Below are positions 1-10,257 of a stretch of 34,558 nt of DNA, one piece after another. The position numbers and the translations under genes were made by a program. The stretch is from a virus (lineage: Duplodnaviria > Caudoviricetes), in IMG/VR virus record IMGVR_UViG_3300020042_001134, positions 1 to 34,558 of that record, one strand, 5' to 3'. Position 1 is the stretch's first letter, and every line of letters starts with the position of its first letter. The notes under the pieces were generated by a model. That model did no database searches. It was not told the DNA's origin and saw only the letters and a program-made list of their open reading frames with translations.

Positions 1-32
1 AACCACATGGGTTTCAATCACAGGGGCATAAA

Positions 33-569
33 TTGGGCTTAGACAGCGATATTCACAGCGCAGACAACCATTTGCACGTTGAATTTTACGTTTACGACAA
101 AGAACCGTATAAAGAAAAGCCATTTGTTAGAATTATAGTACCTGGCGATAAGACGAACATTGTTGAACAACCCGTTCGGGAAGATCATAAAAAGCGTTTT
201 CCTCGCCAATGGTTACACTTTCAGATGCAAAACAATAACGCAGAAGTTATTGGTGTGCCTTTGAAACAATGGGTACAAGACGATCCTGATAACTTTAACG
301 ATATGCAGATGGCAGAATTGCAAATCTTTAAGTTTCAGACCGTTGAGCAAGTTGCTACAGCTACCGATAGCCAATTGCAAAGAGTTGGCATGGGTGCAAC
401 GGGCTTGCGAGAGTTAGCAAGGCGTTATTTAGCAGTTAAAAACCAATCTTCTAGTCAGACTGAGATTGAAAACACTAAGCAAGAGCTTGCTCAAATGAAG
501 GAGCAAATGGCGGCTTTGATGGCTCAGTTGGCAGACAAAAAGGTTGGGAGGCCAAAAAAAGAGGAATAA
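33..569 (+). CDS. conserved phage protein in head/neck module (unknown function), TTG start
   Basis: 178-aa ORF, GGGG SD-like element upstream, abuts next gene; C-terminal coiled coil and basic GRPKK tail. Confidence 0.75.
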   Translation: MGLDSDIHSADNHLHVEFYVYDKEPYKEKPFVRIIVPGDKTNIVEQPVREDHKKRFPRQWLHFQMQNNNAEVIGVPLKQWVQDDPDNFNDMQMAELQIFKFQTVEQVATATDSQLQRVGMGATGLRELARRYLAVKNQSSSQTEIENTKQELAQMKEQMAALMAQLADKKVGRPKKEE

Positions 570-1478
570 ATGTCATCAACGATGCTACAGCTAGTCACCC
601 AAGTTACCAATGAATTGGGTGTATCCACGCCAACTACTGTGGCATCGAATACAAACCAAGATGTAATTCAAATCTTGGCGTTGATGAACGCTGCTGGCTA
701 TGAGTTCTTGCGGAAGCACGATTGGCGGGAATTAACAAAGCAGCACACATTTACCACGGTTTTTACCCAAACAACGGGTGATGTAACCGAAAATACATAC
801 ACGATTACCAATATTCCATCGACTGCTGGGCTTGATACAACTTATCAGGTTGTAGGCAACGGCATTTCAAATGCTGCCTACATTGAGTCGGTTGATTCAG
901 CCACACAAGTCACGGTTAATTTGCCCTCTACAGGGACGTATACAGGTACTTCAATTACTTTTGAAAAAGTGAAGTATGACTTGCCCTCAGATTACGAATC
1001 CACAGTTCCTCGCACCCATTGGGATAAGTCAAAGCATTGGGAGATGCTAGGGCCAGAAAGCCCACAGCAATGGGAATGGTTGCTCTCAGGCTTTATCGCT
1101 ACAGGCCCACGGATTCGTTGGCGCTTGTTGGGCAAATACTTCCAAATTTGGCCTGGCGTTTCTACAAATGAGCTTTTGGGCTACGAATACAGATCAAAAG
1201 GTTGGGCATTATCTTCTACAAATGTAGTAAAGAATTCTTTTACTGCTGACACGGATACTTGCATTTACCCTGATCGACTAATGGTATTGGCTACAAAGCT
1301 GAAGTATTTTGAGGCTAAAGGCTTTGATACCACGGCGATGTATCGCAACTATATTGAAGAATTTGAGATTGTTCGGGCGCAGGATATGTCGGCGGCTAAC
1401 TTGTCGTTTGCACCACGCCCAGGCACAGTCTTGATTGGATACGACAACATCCCTGATACTGGCTACGGGACAAACTAA
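570..1478 (+). CDS. head-tail adaptor / tail tubular protein A-like
   Basis: Position after the capsid module; adaptor-like N-terminus (LQLVTQVTNELG), YDLPSDY motif, inserted Thr-rich beta segment. Confidence 0.65.
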   Translation: MSSTMLQLVTQVTNELGVSTPTTVASNTNQDVIQILALMNAAGYEFLRKHDWRELTKQHTFTTVFTQTTGDVTENTYTITNIPSTAGLDTTYQVVGNGISNAAYIESVDSATQVTVNLPSTGTYTGTSITFEKVKYDLPSDYESTVPRTHWDKSKHWEMLGPESPQQWEWLLSGFIATGPRIRWRLLGKYFQIWPGVSTNELLGYEYRSKGWALSSTNVVKNSFTADTDTCIYPDRLMVLATKLKYFEAKGFDTTAMYRNYIEEFEIVRAQDMSAANLSFAPRPGTVLIGYDNIPDTGYGTN

Positions 1479-3007
1479 TGGCAAGCCGATTGATTCAAGG
1501 CCAAGCGGCTCGGGTTCAGTCACTTCCCTCACCCATTGGTGGTTGGAACGTGCGGGACTCCATTGCAAACATGGATGTGCTTGATGCGGTTCAATTAACC
1601 AATTTGTTTCCCACGGTCAACAATGTAGTGTTGCGTGGTGGCTATACAAAATACTCAACGGGTATTACAGGTCAAGTTCAAACGCTTATGTCGTACTCAA
1701 GCGGTGCAACTGACGAACTGTTTGCCATTGCGGGAACGTCAATTTATGACTGTACGGCGGGCGGTGCGGTAGGCGCAGCTGTAAAAACAGGCTTGACCAA
1801 CGCTCAATGGGAATATGTCAACGTCACAACTCCCGCTGGTGGCTACATTATGGCAGTCAATGGCGTGGATGCGCCATTACTGTACAACGGATCGGTTTGG
1901 ACAAACCCAACGATTACGGGCGTGACTGCAAGCACATTTAGCAATATCACCACATTTAAAAACCAAGTATGGTTTACGCAAGCCTCGACATTAAAAGCGT
2001 GGTATCTAGGTACATTAAGCGTTGCAGGCGCAGCGAATTATATTGATCTTAGTTCGGTTGCCCAGCTTGGCGGTTATCTTGTGTCGGTTGGGACATGGAC
2101 GCTAGACGCAGGCTACGGTGTGGACGATAACCTAGTGTTTATAACGTCCAATGGCGAGGTTATTGTCTACGCAGGTACTGATCCATCAAATTCTGAGAAA
2201 TGGGCGCTAGTGGGCGTTTGGAGGCTTGGTAAGCCCGTTGGCAAGCGATGCCTGTTGAAATACGGCGGTGACATACTTGTTTTGACTTATAACGGTCTTT
2301 ATCCGCTTGCCGCAAGCCTTCAATCATCTAGGCTTGACCCACGGGTTGCGTTATCGGACAAGATTCAGGGCGCATTTACTGCCGCAACGCAACAATATGG
2401 CGGTAATTTCGGGTGGGATATTAGCTTTGACCCCCAACACAACGCTTTGACGGTCAATGTGCCTGTTGCGGAAGGGCAACAACAGCAATATGTAATGAAT
2501 AACATTACAAAAGCGTGGTGCAACTTTACTGGTCAATACGCTAACTGTTGGGTGATTTTTAACAATGAACCGTATTGGGGTGGCAATGGATTTGTTGCCC
2601 ATGCGTGGGATGATAATTACGCCGATGATACAAGCGACATAAACGGCTATGCGTTGCAAGCGTTTAATTATTTTGATGCCCGTGGGTACAAAAAGTATTT
2701 CACCCGTGCCAGACCGTCAATTTTTACAAACGGTACACCGTCGATATTTGTCGGGCTGAACATGGATTTTGATTTAGCAGACACAACGGCGGCGCTAAGT
2801 TTTAGCCCCCAAGTCAATGCCAAGTGGGACACAGCGTTGTGGGATGTGGCGTATTGGGCTACGGACACGGTTATTACAAACAATTGGCAGGGCGTGACTG
2901 GCATTGGATATTGCGCTGGCACACAGTTTAAGACTGCAAGTCAAGGAACGACAATTCTATGGGCATCAACGGACATTGTGTACCAACAAGGTTGGGCTGG
3001 CATATAG
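1478..3007 (+). CDS. head closure / tail nozzle protein (P22 gp10 / tubular protein B-like)
   Basis: 509 aa, beta-rich propeller-like composition, TAATG coupling to adaptor, typical podovirus synteny. Confidence 0.65.
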   Translation: MASRLIQGQAARVQSLPSPIGGWNVRDSIANMDVLDAVQLTNLFPTVNNVVLRGGYTKYSTGITGQVQTLMSYSSGATDELFAIAGTSIYDCTAGGAVGAAVKTGLTNAQWEYVNVTTPAGGYIMAVNGVDAPLLYNGSVWTNPTITGVTASTFSNITTFKNQVWFTQASTLKAWYLGTLSVAGAANYIDLSSVAQLGGYLVSVGTWTLDAGYGVDDNLVFITSNGEVIVYAGTDPSNSEKWALVGVWRLGKPVGKRCLLKYGGDILVLTYNGLYPLAASLQSSRLDPRVALSDKIQGAFTAATQQYGGNFGWDISFDPQHNALTVNVPVAEGQQQQYVMNNITKAWCNFTGQYANCWVIFNNEPYWGGNGFVAHAWDDNYADDTSDINGYALQAFNYFDARGYKKYFTRARPSIFTNGTPSIFVGLNMDFDLADTTAALSFSPQVNAKWDTALWDVAYWATDTVITNNWQGVTGIGYCAGTQFKTASQGTTILWASTDIVYQQGWAGI

Positions 3008-3405
3008 TCCAAGGCGCTGAAGTTGGTGCTTGGGTTGCGGATCGAATTGCAGGTGAGTTTTACTCAGAAACAAGTAGCGCCATTGGGCTTGAGAAAAATG
3101 GCGTGATAGTAGCAGGCGTAATTTACGAAAATTGGAATCGGGCATCAATTTTTTGTCACATTGCAATTGAAGCAAGACTGACAAAAGCGTATTTAAAAGC
3201 GATTTTTGACTATCCGTTTAATGTTTGTAATGTTAAGAAAATTATTGTTCCAGTGGTATCTAACCACGTTAAAAGTATAAAATTAGTAACAAATATGGGT
3301 TTTACCGAGGAAGCTCGAATCGTTGACGGTTCGCAAGACGGTGACATTATATTTTTGACAATGACAAAAGAAAATTGTCGATTTTTAGGGGTTCGTTATG
3401 GGTAA
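2959..3405 (+). CDS. GNAT-family acetyltransferase-like protein (true start possibly TTG 2992)
   Basis: GNAT-like C-terminus (NHVKSIKLVTNMGFTEEARI); usual position before ejection proteins. Confidence 0.65.
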   Translation: MGINGHCVPTRLGWHIVQGAEVGAWVADRIAGEFYSETSSAIGLEKNGVIVAGVIYENWNRASIFCHIAIEARLTKAYLKAIFDYPFNVCNVKKIIVPVVSNHVKSIKLVTNMGFTEEARIVDGSQDGDIIFLTMTKENCRFLGVRYG

Positions 3406-4741
3406 GTCAGTTAGTACGCCACCAGTGCCAGATTATGTCGGCGCAGCCAAACAGCAAGGGATTGATAACCTTACTGCGGCTCGGCAATCCAATGTTATGT
3501 CGAACCCCAATATGTATACGCCGTTTGGCAATCAGACTGTCACTTATTCAAACCCAACTTTTGACCAAGCCTCTTATGATGCGGCGTTGGCTAAATACAA
3601 CGCTGGCAATGTAGACCGTAATCAGTATTATCAGACAGGCGGTGGTTCTGGTGATGCTGGCACAGGTTATACATATTTTGACCAAGCAGGCTACGATGCC
3701 GCACAAGCAAAACGAGGTGCTGCGCCAACCCGTGAAGGTTTTATGACGGGCGGCGGTCAGCCAACTGTTACCCAAACGCTGACCCCACAAGCGCAGCAGA
3801 CGCTAGAATCGCAGCAACGTGTCCAAACCGCTTTGGCAAACCTTGGCGAAGTCGGCATTGCTAATGCTTACGACACGCTATCTAAACCCTTTGTCCCAAC
3901 CTCAACGGATATTAAAAAAGATTTTGGCGGGTATGGTGCTGTACCGTTAGCCGATCAATACGGATTAGCTCAAGCAAAAACCGCTGCTGATACTTATGGG
4001 TTAGCGCAAAGAGAAATAGATACAAGCGGTTTAACGCAAATGCCTACTAATTCAGGCATCAATGCTCAACAAGCTATTTTGGCAAGACTTGACCCGACCA
4101 TTCAGGCTGGTGACGTATCATTTAAGCAAGCATTGGCAAACCAAGGTTTAGCACCTGGGACAGCTGCCTACGATGCGGCGTACAGAAACCGTCAAATGGG
4201 CATTAACGACTTGTATAGCCAAGCTGCGCTACAAGGCATTAACATTGACATGGCAGCTCGTCAGCAAGGATTAAACGAACAACTGTCAAAAGCTGGTTTG
4301 TATAACACGGCAGTTGGTCAAAACTTTGGTCAAGGCGTAACGGCGGATCAATTAAGAAATGCTGCAATTGGTCAAAATTTTGGCCAAGGGATGACGAGTC
4401 AAGGTACGCAATTTAGCCAAGGGCTTAACAAAGCTCAGTTTCAGAATACCGCACAGCAACAACAGTTAGCGCAAGACTTTGCATTACGCTCGCAGCCGAT
4501 CAACGAAATTATTGGGCTTATGGGCGGCTCACAGATTCAATTGCCGCAATTCCAAGGCTATCAGGGTACATCTGTCGCACCAGCGCCAACCTTTGCGGGC
4601 ACGCAAGCGCAATATCAAGGTCAGCTAGGTGCTGCAAACGCTCAAAATGCTGCAAACGCACAAGGGATGCAAGGATTGTTTGGGTTAGGTGCGGCAGGCT
4701 TGATGGCTCCAGCGGGGACATTTAAAGGTCTGTTTGGTTAA
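3398..4741 (+). CDS. internal virion / DNA ejection protein 1
   Basis: MGK start, Gln/Ala/Gly-rich, repeats FDQAxYDAA, ADxYGLAQ and GQNFGQG, hydrophobic Gly-rich C-terminus. Confidence 0.6.
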   Translation: MGKSVSTPPVPDYVGAAKQQGIDNLTAARQSNVMSNPNMYTPFGNQTVTYSNPTFDQASYDAALAKYNAGNVDRNQYYQTGGGSGDAGTGYTYFDQAGYDAAQAKRGAAPTREGFMTGGGQPTVTQTLTPQAQQTLESQQRVQTALANLGEVGIANAYDTLSKPFVPTSTDIKKDFGGYGAVPLADQYGLAQAKTAADTYGLAQREIDTSGLTQMPTNSGINAQQAILARLDPTIQAGDVSFKQALANQGLAPGTAAYDAAYRNRQMGINDLYSQAALQGINIDMAARQQGLNEQLSKAGLYNTAVGQNFGQGVTADQLRNAAIGQNFGQGMTSQGTQFSQGLNKAQFQNTAQQQQLAQDFALRSQPINEIIGLMGGSQIQLPQFQGYQGTSVAPAPTFAGTQAQYQGQLGAANAQNAANAQGMQGLFGLGAAGLMAPAGTFKGLFG

Positions 4742-4758
4742 TTATAGGATAATTTAAA

Positions 4759-6285
4759 ATGGCTAATCCAATTGCTCAAACAATGAACCCTATGTCTGCA
4801 ATGATGGGGGGCGATGTTACTCGCCAACAGTACGAGCTTGCACAAAATCAGCGTTATGCGGATATTTTGATGCAACAAGCTCTGCAAGAACAGCCGCAAG
4901 GTCAAATGGTGTCTGGTCATTATGTGCCACCAAGCCCTATTCAGGGCATTGCTCAATTGCTTAAAGCGTACATTGGTCGCAGAGCTTCTGACATGATTCC
5001 TGAGCAACAATCCAAACTTTCTTCTGCACAAATGCAACAAGTGCAAAATATGTTTGGTGTTGGTGGCGGCACAACTGAACCGCAAGCAAGAGATATGGCT
5101 TTAGCGGGTGGCGCAATGCAAGGCGATGTTGGGCCAACAAACACAAACGCATCTCGTATGACAGGCGTACAGACAGGCACAGGCGCTGCAATGCCAATCC
5201 CTGCGGGTATGGATCCACGAACAGCAATGATGCAATACATGATTAACCCACAGGCTTATGCTACCGCTTTAGGTACGCACAGCGCACCTGCTGAAATTCA
5301 AAAAATTGCAGCAGCGTCTGGGTTTGCACCGGGTTCGCCACAATATCAAGCAATTATGCAAGGCAATGTGGCTAAATCTAATTACATTGCTCCTACAGTT
5401 GTTGGAGAGGGCGGTTCACTTGTTCAGCCGGGCGCTAACAGAGCATCATTTATTGCTCCAAAAGGCGGCATACAAATTAACCCAACAACGGGACAATCAA
5501 GCGTATTGCCGGGTTACACGCAAGCAACAGGAGCAATTGAGCAATCACAAGCGTATGCCAAAGGCTTAGGTGGCGCACAAACTGCCCCAGCAACAAGATT
5601 TGATCCAGAAACAGGTAGAACCGTAGCAACTACACAAGCGGCAAACATGGGATTGCCAACTCAAGGAATGGGTGGCGCACAAGCAAATACACAACCTGTT
5701 GTGACGGCTGAAAATCCAGTTGTTGTAAGTGCGGGAACAAAATTAAACGAGCAATGGATTACAGGCGAGCTTGAACCTGCTCGACTTGCAGGTGATGCAG
5801 CAAAAAACGCTATGAACAACATTCGAGTGTTAAAAAGTATTGATTTAACAACCGGATTTGGCACTGACGCACAAAAAACCGCTGCAAGTATTTTGGCAAC
5901 ACTTGGAGTTAAAAACGCTGCTAAATTTGCTACAAATGCTCAAGTGTTTGAATCTAAGATTTATGAAAGTCTTGTGGACACTTTAGGTGGTCAAAAAGGT
6001 GTTCAAACCAAATCCGACTTTGAGAACATTCAAAAGACTTACGCACAGCTTAAAAACACGCCTCAAGCCAACCAATTCTTGCTTGATGTTGCTGAAGCTA
6101 AGGCTATGCAAGATCAGCGTAAGTCTGGTTATTATCAGAAAGCAGCGTCAATGCCTGAATTGCGTAACAATTTGTCTGCCATTACGAACGAATGGGGCAA
6201 GATTGCTGGCTCAATGTTTGAAGTGCCGCTTACTGATCGTGCTGGTAACACTTACACATTGGCTCAAAAATACGGTATTCGTTAA
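4759..6285 (+). CDS. internal virion / DNA ejection protein 2
   Basis: 508 aa, Q/A/G/M-rich, synteny between nozzle and tail fibre. Confidence 0.6.
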   Translation: MANPIAQTMNPMSAMMGGDVTRQQYELAQNQRYADILMQQALQEQPQGQMVSGHYVPPSPIQGIAQLLKAYIGRRASDMIPEQQSKLSSAQMQQVQNMFGVGGGTTEPQARDMALAGGAMQGDVGPTNTNASRMTGVQTGTGAAMPIPAGMDPRTAMMQYMINPQAYATALGTHSAPAEIQKIAAASGFAPGSPQYQAIMQGNVAKSNYIAPTVVGEGGSLVQPGANRASFIAPKGGIQINPTTGQSSVLPGYTQATGAIEQSQAYAKGLGGAQTAPATRFDPETGRTVATTQAANMGLPTQGMGGAQANTQPVVTAENPVVVSAGTKLNEQWITGELEPARLAGDAAKNAMNNIRVLKSIDLTTGFGTDAQKTAASILATLGVKNAAKFATNAQVFESKIYESLVDTLGGQKGVQTKSDFENIQKTYAQLKNTPQANQFLLDVAEAKAMQDQRKSGYYQKAASMPELRNNLSAITNEWGKIAGSMFEVPLTDRAGNTYTLAQKYGIR

Positions 6286-8510
6286 TGGAAAACCAAGTCA
6301 ATCCTGCTGTTGCTAATCTATTGCCTGCATTAGACAATCCTAATGTCCGTAGCTTTTTGGACATGATTTCTGCGGCAGAAGGCACTACTAAACACGGCTA
6401 TAACACGCTGTTTGGTGGCGGCAAGGTTGAATCATTGGTTGACCATCCTAGACAACTATTTGACTTTACTGAAACAACTGGCAGACCAAACAAAACAACG
6501 GCAGCAGGTCGTTATCAATTTCTGTCAAATACATGGGATGAGCAAGCAAAGAAGCTAGGGTTGCCTGATTTTGGTGAGCGTAGTCAAGACTTGGCGGCTG
6601 TCAATTTACTGCAAGAGCGAGGGATTCTTCCTGACGTATTGCAAGGCAATTGGGAATCTGCGGTAAAGAAGTCTGGGCCAATCTGGGCAAGTTTGCCATC
6701 AAGCCCGTACCCACAACCTCGTCAATCAAATGAGTTTGTAATGGGCAAACTTAATCCAAATCGAATGTATGCACAAACAACAACGTCTGATGCGAATCCA
6801 CCTATGGCTAACCCAAGAAACAATCCGTTTGAAGCGCTAAACGAAGAATTTAGACTTGGCGTTGCGCCTCAAGCACAAACACGACAAGCCAACCCGTTTG
6901 AATCATTGAACGCAGAGTTTGCATTAACTCCTGTTCAAGCACAAGCGCAAACGCAACCAGTAAATGCTGCACCTGCACAAATGCCTTTAAGCGATGTTGC
7001 ATACGGAGCAATAACAAATCTTCCAGCAAGCGCAGGAAAGTATGGCAGAGAGCTATACGAAGCAGTTACAAATCCTATAGCAACTGCAAGCAGTATTTTA
7101 GATGTTGGTGCTGGTGCGTTACAAAAATTATTGCCAAAACAAGTAGTTGATTTTGTTAACCAATTTGAATCTAATCCTGAAGCATCGCAACGTGCGGTGC
7201 AAGCAGCTAACGCTGTTGGCGGTGAGTACGCTAAAAGATATGGCACTTTAGAAGGCTTCAAAAAAGCTGTAGCAACTGATCCAGTTAGCGTCATGGGCGA
7301 TATGTCAATTTTGCTAACAGGCGGCGGTTCTGTTGCGGCAAAAGTGCCAGGAATTGCAAAGGTAGGTCAAACAACGGCTCAAATAGGGCGCACAATTGAC
7401 CCATTAAACATTGCAACAAAAGCGGTTACAAAACCGTTTCAATTAGCTGAAGCGTTAGTTACACCGTCATTAGGTTTGTCAACAGGCGCAGGTGCAGAAG
7501 CGATCCGTGAAGCTGCAAAAGCAGGCATGGCAGGTGGCACAAAAGCAGATGCGTTTTTAGAACAAATGCGTGGCAATGCGCCAATTGAAAATGTTGTCAG
7601 CACGGCACGAGACGCTGTTGCAGAACTGTATAAAAATCGTTCTGACGCATACACCTCTGGCATGACGGGCGCTACGGGAAGCAAAGCAATATTGGATTTT
7701 GCGCCAATTGATGCAGCAGTTTCAAAAGCTGAAAAAATTGGCACATTTAACGGTATTGAAATTCGTGGCAATGCAGCTGCTACTTTAAAAGAAATTGCAG
7801 ACAAAATTCAAGAATTTAAAGTTGGTGATCCTGCTATTTTTAGAACTGTTGAAGGTTTTGACAAACTAAAACAAGCAATTAGCGACATTCAACAATCACA
7901 ACCGTATGGTTCGCCAGCTCGAAAAGTGGCGGATGAATTGTATGGCGCTGTCAAAAATGAAATTGTCAAACAAGCGCCTGAGTATGCAAAAGTAATGGGC
8001 GATTATGAAAACGCTAGTGCTTTATTAAAAGATATTCAAGGCACATTGTCGTTAAACAAAAACGCTAACGTAGATACATCAGTTCGTAAACTACAGTCTA
8101 TTTTGCGTAATAATGCAAACACTAACTACGGGCGCAGATTAGATTTAGCTAGAGAATTGGAAGCAACTGGAGTGCCTGGTGCTGATACGTTGTTTCCTCA
8201 ACTTGCAGGGCAAATGCTCAGTTCAAAAACGCCACGAGGCATCCAAGGCGGTATATTGCCTAGCGCAGCAGGGGGTGCAGCATTTTTGGGTGGATTAACA
8301 AATCCAGCAACACTTGCAGCGGTTGGTGCGGGCGCTTTAGCAAGCTCGCCACGTCTTGTCGGTGAGGCAGCATATTACGGCGGTAAAGCAGCAGGAACAA
8401 CAAAAATGTTGTCTGACGCATTGAAAAATTACACGGGCAAAGTTCCGTTAGACCCCTACACATTGCGTATGCTTGCAACTACATTAGGTCAACAGACTGA
8501 GGAACAATAA
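6285..8510 (+). CDS. ejection protein 3 with N-terminal lambda-R-type lysozyme / lytic transglycosylase domain
   Basis: FLDMISAAEGT, YNTLFGG, TAAGRYQFLSNTW, SQDLAA and WASLP motifs of the lambda R family in the first ~155 aa; remainder helical and Ala-rich. Confidence 0.85.
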   Translation: MENQVNPAVANLLPALDNPNVRSFLDMISAAEGTTKHGYNTLFGGGKVESLVDHPRQLFDFTETTGRPNKTTAAGRYQFLSNTWDEQAKKLGLPDFGERSQDLAAVNLLQERGILPDVLQGNWESAVKKSGPIWASLPSSPYPQPRQSNEFVMGKLNPNRMYAQTTTSDANPPMANPRNNPFEALNEEFRLGVAPQAQTRQANPFESLNAEFALTPVQAQAQTQPVNAAPAQMPLSDVAYGAITNLPASAGKYGRELYEAVTNPIATASSILDVGAGALQKLLPKQVVDFVNQFESNPEASQRAVQAANAVGGEYAKRYGTLEGFKKAVATDPVSVMGDMSILLTGGGSVAAKVPGIAKVGQTTAQIGRTIDPLNIATKAVTKPFQLAEALVTPSLGLSTGAGAEAIREAAKAGMAGGTKADAFLEQMRGNAPIENVVSTARDAVAELYKNRSDAYTSGMTGATGSKAILDFAPIDAAVSKAEKIGTFNGIEIRGNAAATLKEIADKIQEFKVGDPAIFRTVEGFDKLKQAISDIQQSQPYGSPARKVADELYGAVKNEIVKQAPEYAKVMGDYENASALLKDIQGTLSLNKNANVDTSVRKLQSILRNNANTNYGRRLDLARELEATGVPGADTLFPQLAGQMLSSKTPRGIQGGILPSAAGGAAFLGGLTNPATLAAVGAGALASSPRLVGEAAYYGGKAAGTTKMLSDALKNYTGKVPLDPYTLRMLATTLGQQTEEQ

Positions 8511-8512
8511 TT

Positions 8513-9079
8513 ATGTCTTTCAACGGCAGCGGTACATTTGTCATTAACTCAACTGGTCAGCCAGTTGTCACAGGCACGATCATCTCATCGTCGGCGTTCA
8601 ATGCGCTGACTGCTGATTTGGCTACTGGTTTGTCCACTACGATGACCAAAGACGGTCAAACGACAGCGACAGCCAATATTCCAATGGGGTCGTTTAAGTT
8701 TACGGGATTGGGCGTTGGCTCGGCTGCAACTGATTCTGCCAACATTTCGCAAGTGCAAAACTCGTTTGGCTCTTTCTTGACGGTATCGGGAACGGACACA
8801 ATTACGGCTTCGGTTAGCCCGTCATTGACTGCGTATGCGGTTGGTCAATCGTTTAACTTTATTGTGTCGGCTACCAATACGGGTGCTGTCACCATCAACA
8901 TTAGCTCACTTGGCGCAAAATCTATTGTTAAAAACGGGTCAACGGCATTATCAGCGGGTGATTTAGTTATTAACAGATTATGCCAAATTGTTTATGATGG
9001 CACTAACTTTCAACTTATTGGGGCTGGCGGATTATCGTCGGGCAAATCAATAGCTTTCTCAATTATCTTTGGACTATAA
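8513..9079 (+). CDS. short tail fibre / fibre base protein
   Basis: Tail-fibre-like N-terminus, TNTGAVTINI...YDGTNFQL domain, hydrophobic terminal GKSIAFSIIFGL. Confidence 0.65.
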   Translation: MSFNGSGTFVINSTGQPVVTGTIISSSAFNALTADLATGLSTTMTKDGQTTATANIPMGSFKFTGLGVGSAATDSANISQVQNSFGSFLTVSGTDTITASVSPSLTAYAVGQSFNFIVSATNTGAVTINISSLGAKSIVKNGSTALSAGDLVINRLCQIVYDGTNFQLIGAGGLSSGKSIAFSIIFGL

Positions 9080-9082
9080 ATC

Positions 9083-9457
9083 ATGGCTGCTCCTAATATT
9101 GTCAATATCGCAACAATGCTTGGCAAAGTAGTAACTGCCGACTTAACAACGACTTCCGCAACATCTGTTTTAAGCAACGCCGCATCAAGTGGCAAAGTGT
9201 TTAAAGTCAATTCGCTAGTGGTGGCTAATATTGATACTGCAAACGCAGTCAATGTCACGGTTAACCATTACTCTGCTGCGGCGCTTGGCGGGACTGCCAC
9301 GCCTATTGCATCGACTATTTCTGTCCCCCCTAATTCAAGTTTAATTGTGATTGATAAAACAACCATGATTTATCTTGAAGAAAATATGTCTATTGGTGCA
9401 ACGGCTGGCACATCAAGCAAGTTAAAAGTCGTTTGTTCTTATGAGGACATTTCGTAA
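9083..9457 (+). CDS. tail-associated beta-sandwich protein (putative)
   Basis: 124-aa beta-rich ORF (MAAPNIVN...) within the fibre module. Confidence 0.55.
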   Translation: MAAPNIVNIATMLGKVVTADLTTTSATSVLSNAASSGKVFKVNSLVVANIDTANAVNVTVNHYSAAALGGTATPIASTISVPPNSSLIVIDKTTMIYLEENMSIGATAGTSSKLKVVCSYEDIS

Positions 9458-10257
9458 TGGCTCTAGGAAATCAAGGTCAAATAGGCCCATACCGTGCGCC
9501 TACAAACGGGATGTTGCGGTTATCGACATTGCAACAAAACAAATCAGCACCGTACAGCGTTAATTATCTTGTAGTAGCAGGCGGTGGTGGCGGTGGTTCA
9601 AATGGTGGCGGTGGCGGCGGTGGTGGCGGTTTGCTTGCCTATACTGATTCTGTAGTAATAGGTGGAACAGCATATACCGTTACGATAGGCGCTGGTGGTG
9701 CGGGTTTCACAGGCTCTGGCAACGGTTCTAATGGTAACAATTCTGTATTTGGCTCATTTACGGCAATAGGTGGCGGTGGTGGCGGTGGTAATGTAAACGC
9801 TGGTAATGTTGGTGGTTGCGGCGGTGGTGGCGCACATACTGCTGGAAACAATTATGCAGGTGGTGCTGGTACTTTTGCACAAGGATATGCTGGTGGAAAT
9901 GGGTCAACACCTAACGCTGGAGGTGGAGGCGGTACAGCCGCAGTAGGAACTGCCCCAAACGGGGGCGCAGGAGCTTCAAGCTCTATTAGTGGAACAGCGG
10001 CTAATTATGGCGGTGGTGGTGGTGGAAACGCAGGTGGTACTGGTGGCGCAGGAGGTGGTGGCGCTCAAGGGGTGAATGGGACAGTAAACACAGGCGGTGG
10101 TGGTGGCGCAAATACTGGTGTATCTGTAGGGTCAGGCGGTAGCGGCGTAGTCATTATTTCTTACGCAGGCGTACAACGTGCTACAGGCGGCACAGTTACA
10201 TCATCTGGCGGTAATACGATTCACACGTTTACATCTTCAGGGACGTTTACAGCATGA
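9457..10257 (+). CDS. glycine-rich tail/adhesin-like protein
   Basis: YLVVAGGGGGG, GGGGGAGG runs, GSGGSGVVIISY and HTFTSSGTF motifs. Confidence 0.7.
   Translation: MALGNQGQIGPYRAPTNGMLRLSTLQQNKSAPYSVNYLVVAGGGGGGSNGGGGGGGGGLLAYTDSVVIGGTAYTVTIGAGGAGFTGSGNGSNGNNSVFGSFTAIGGGGGGGNVNAGNVGGCGGGGAHTAGNNYAGGAGTFAQGYAGGNGSTPNAGGGGGTAAVGTAPNGGAGASSSISGTAANYGGGGGGNAGGTGGAGGGGAQGVNGTVNTGGGGGANTGVSVGSGGSGVVIISYAGVQRATGGTVTSSGGNTIHTFTSSGTFTA

Noticed and set aside
9570-10150. Dense GGT/GGC repeats
   Set aside because: They are glycine codons of the Gly-rich protein, not a CRISPR array, satellite or collagen Gly-X-Y repeat.
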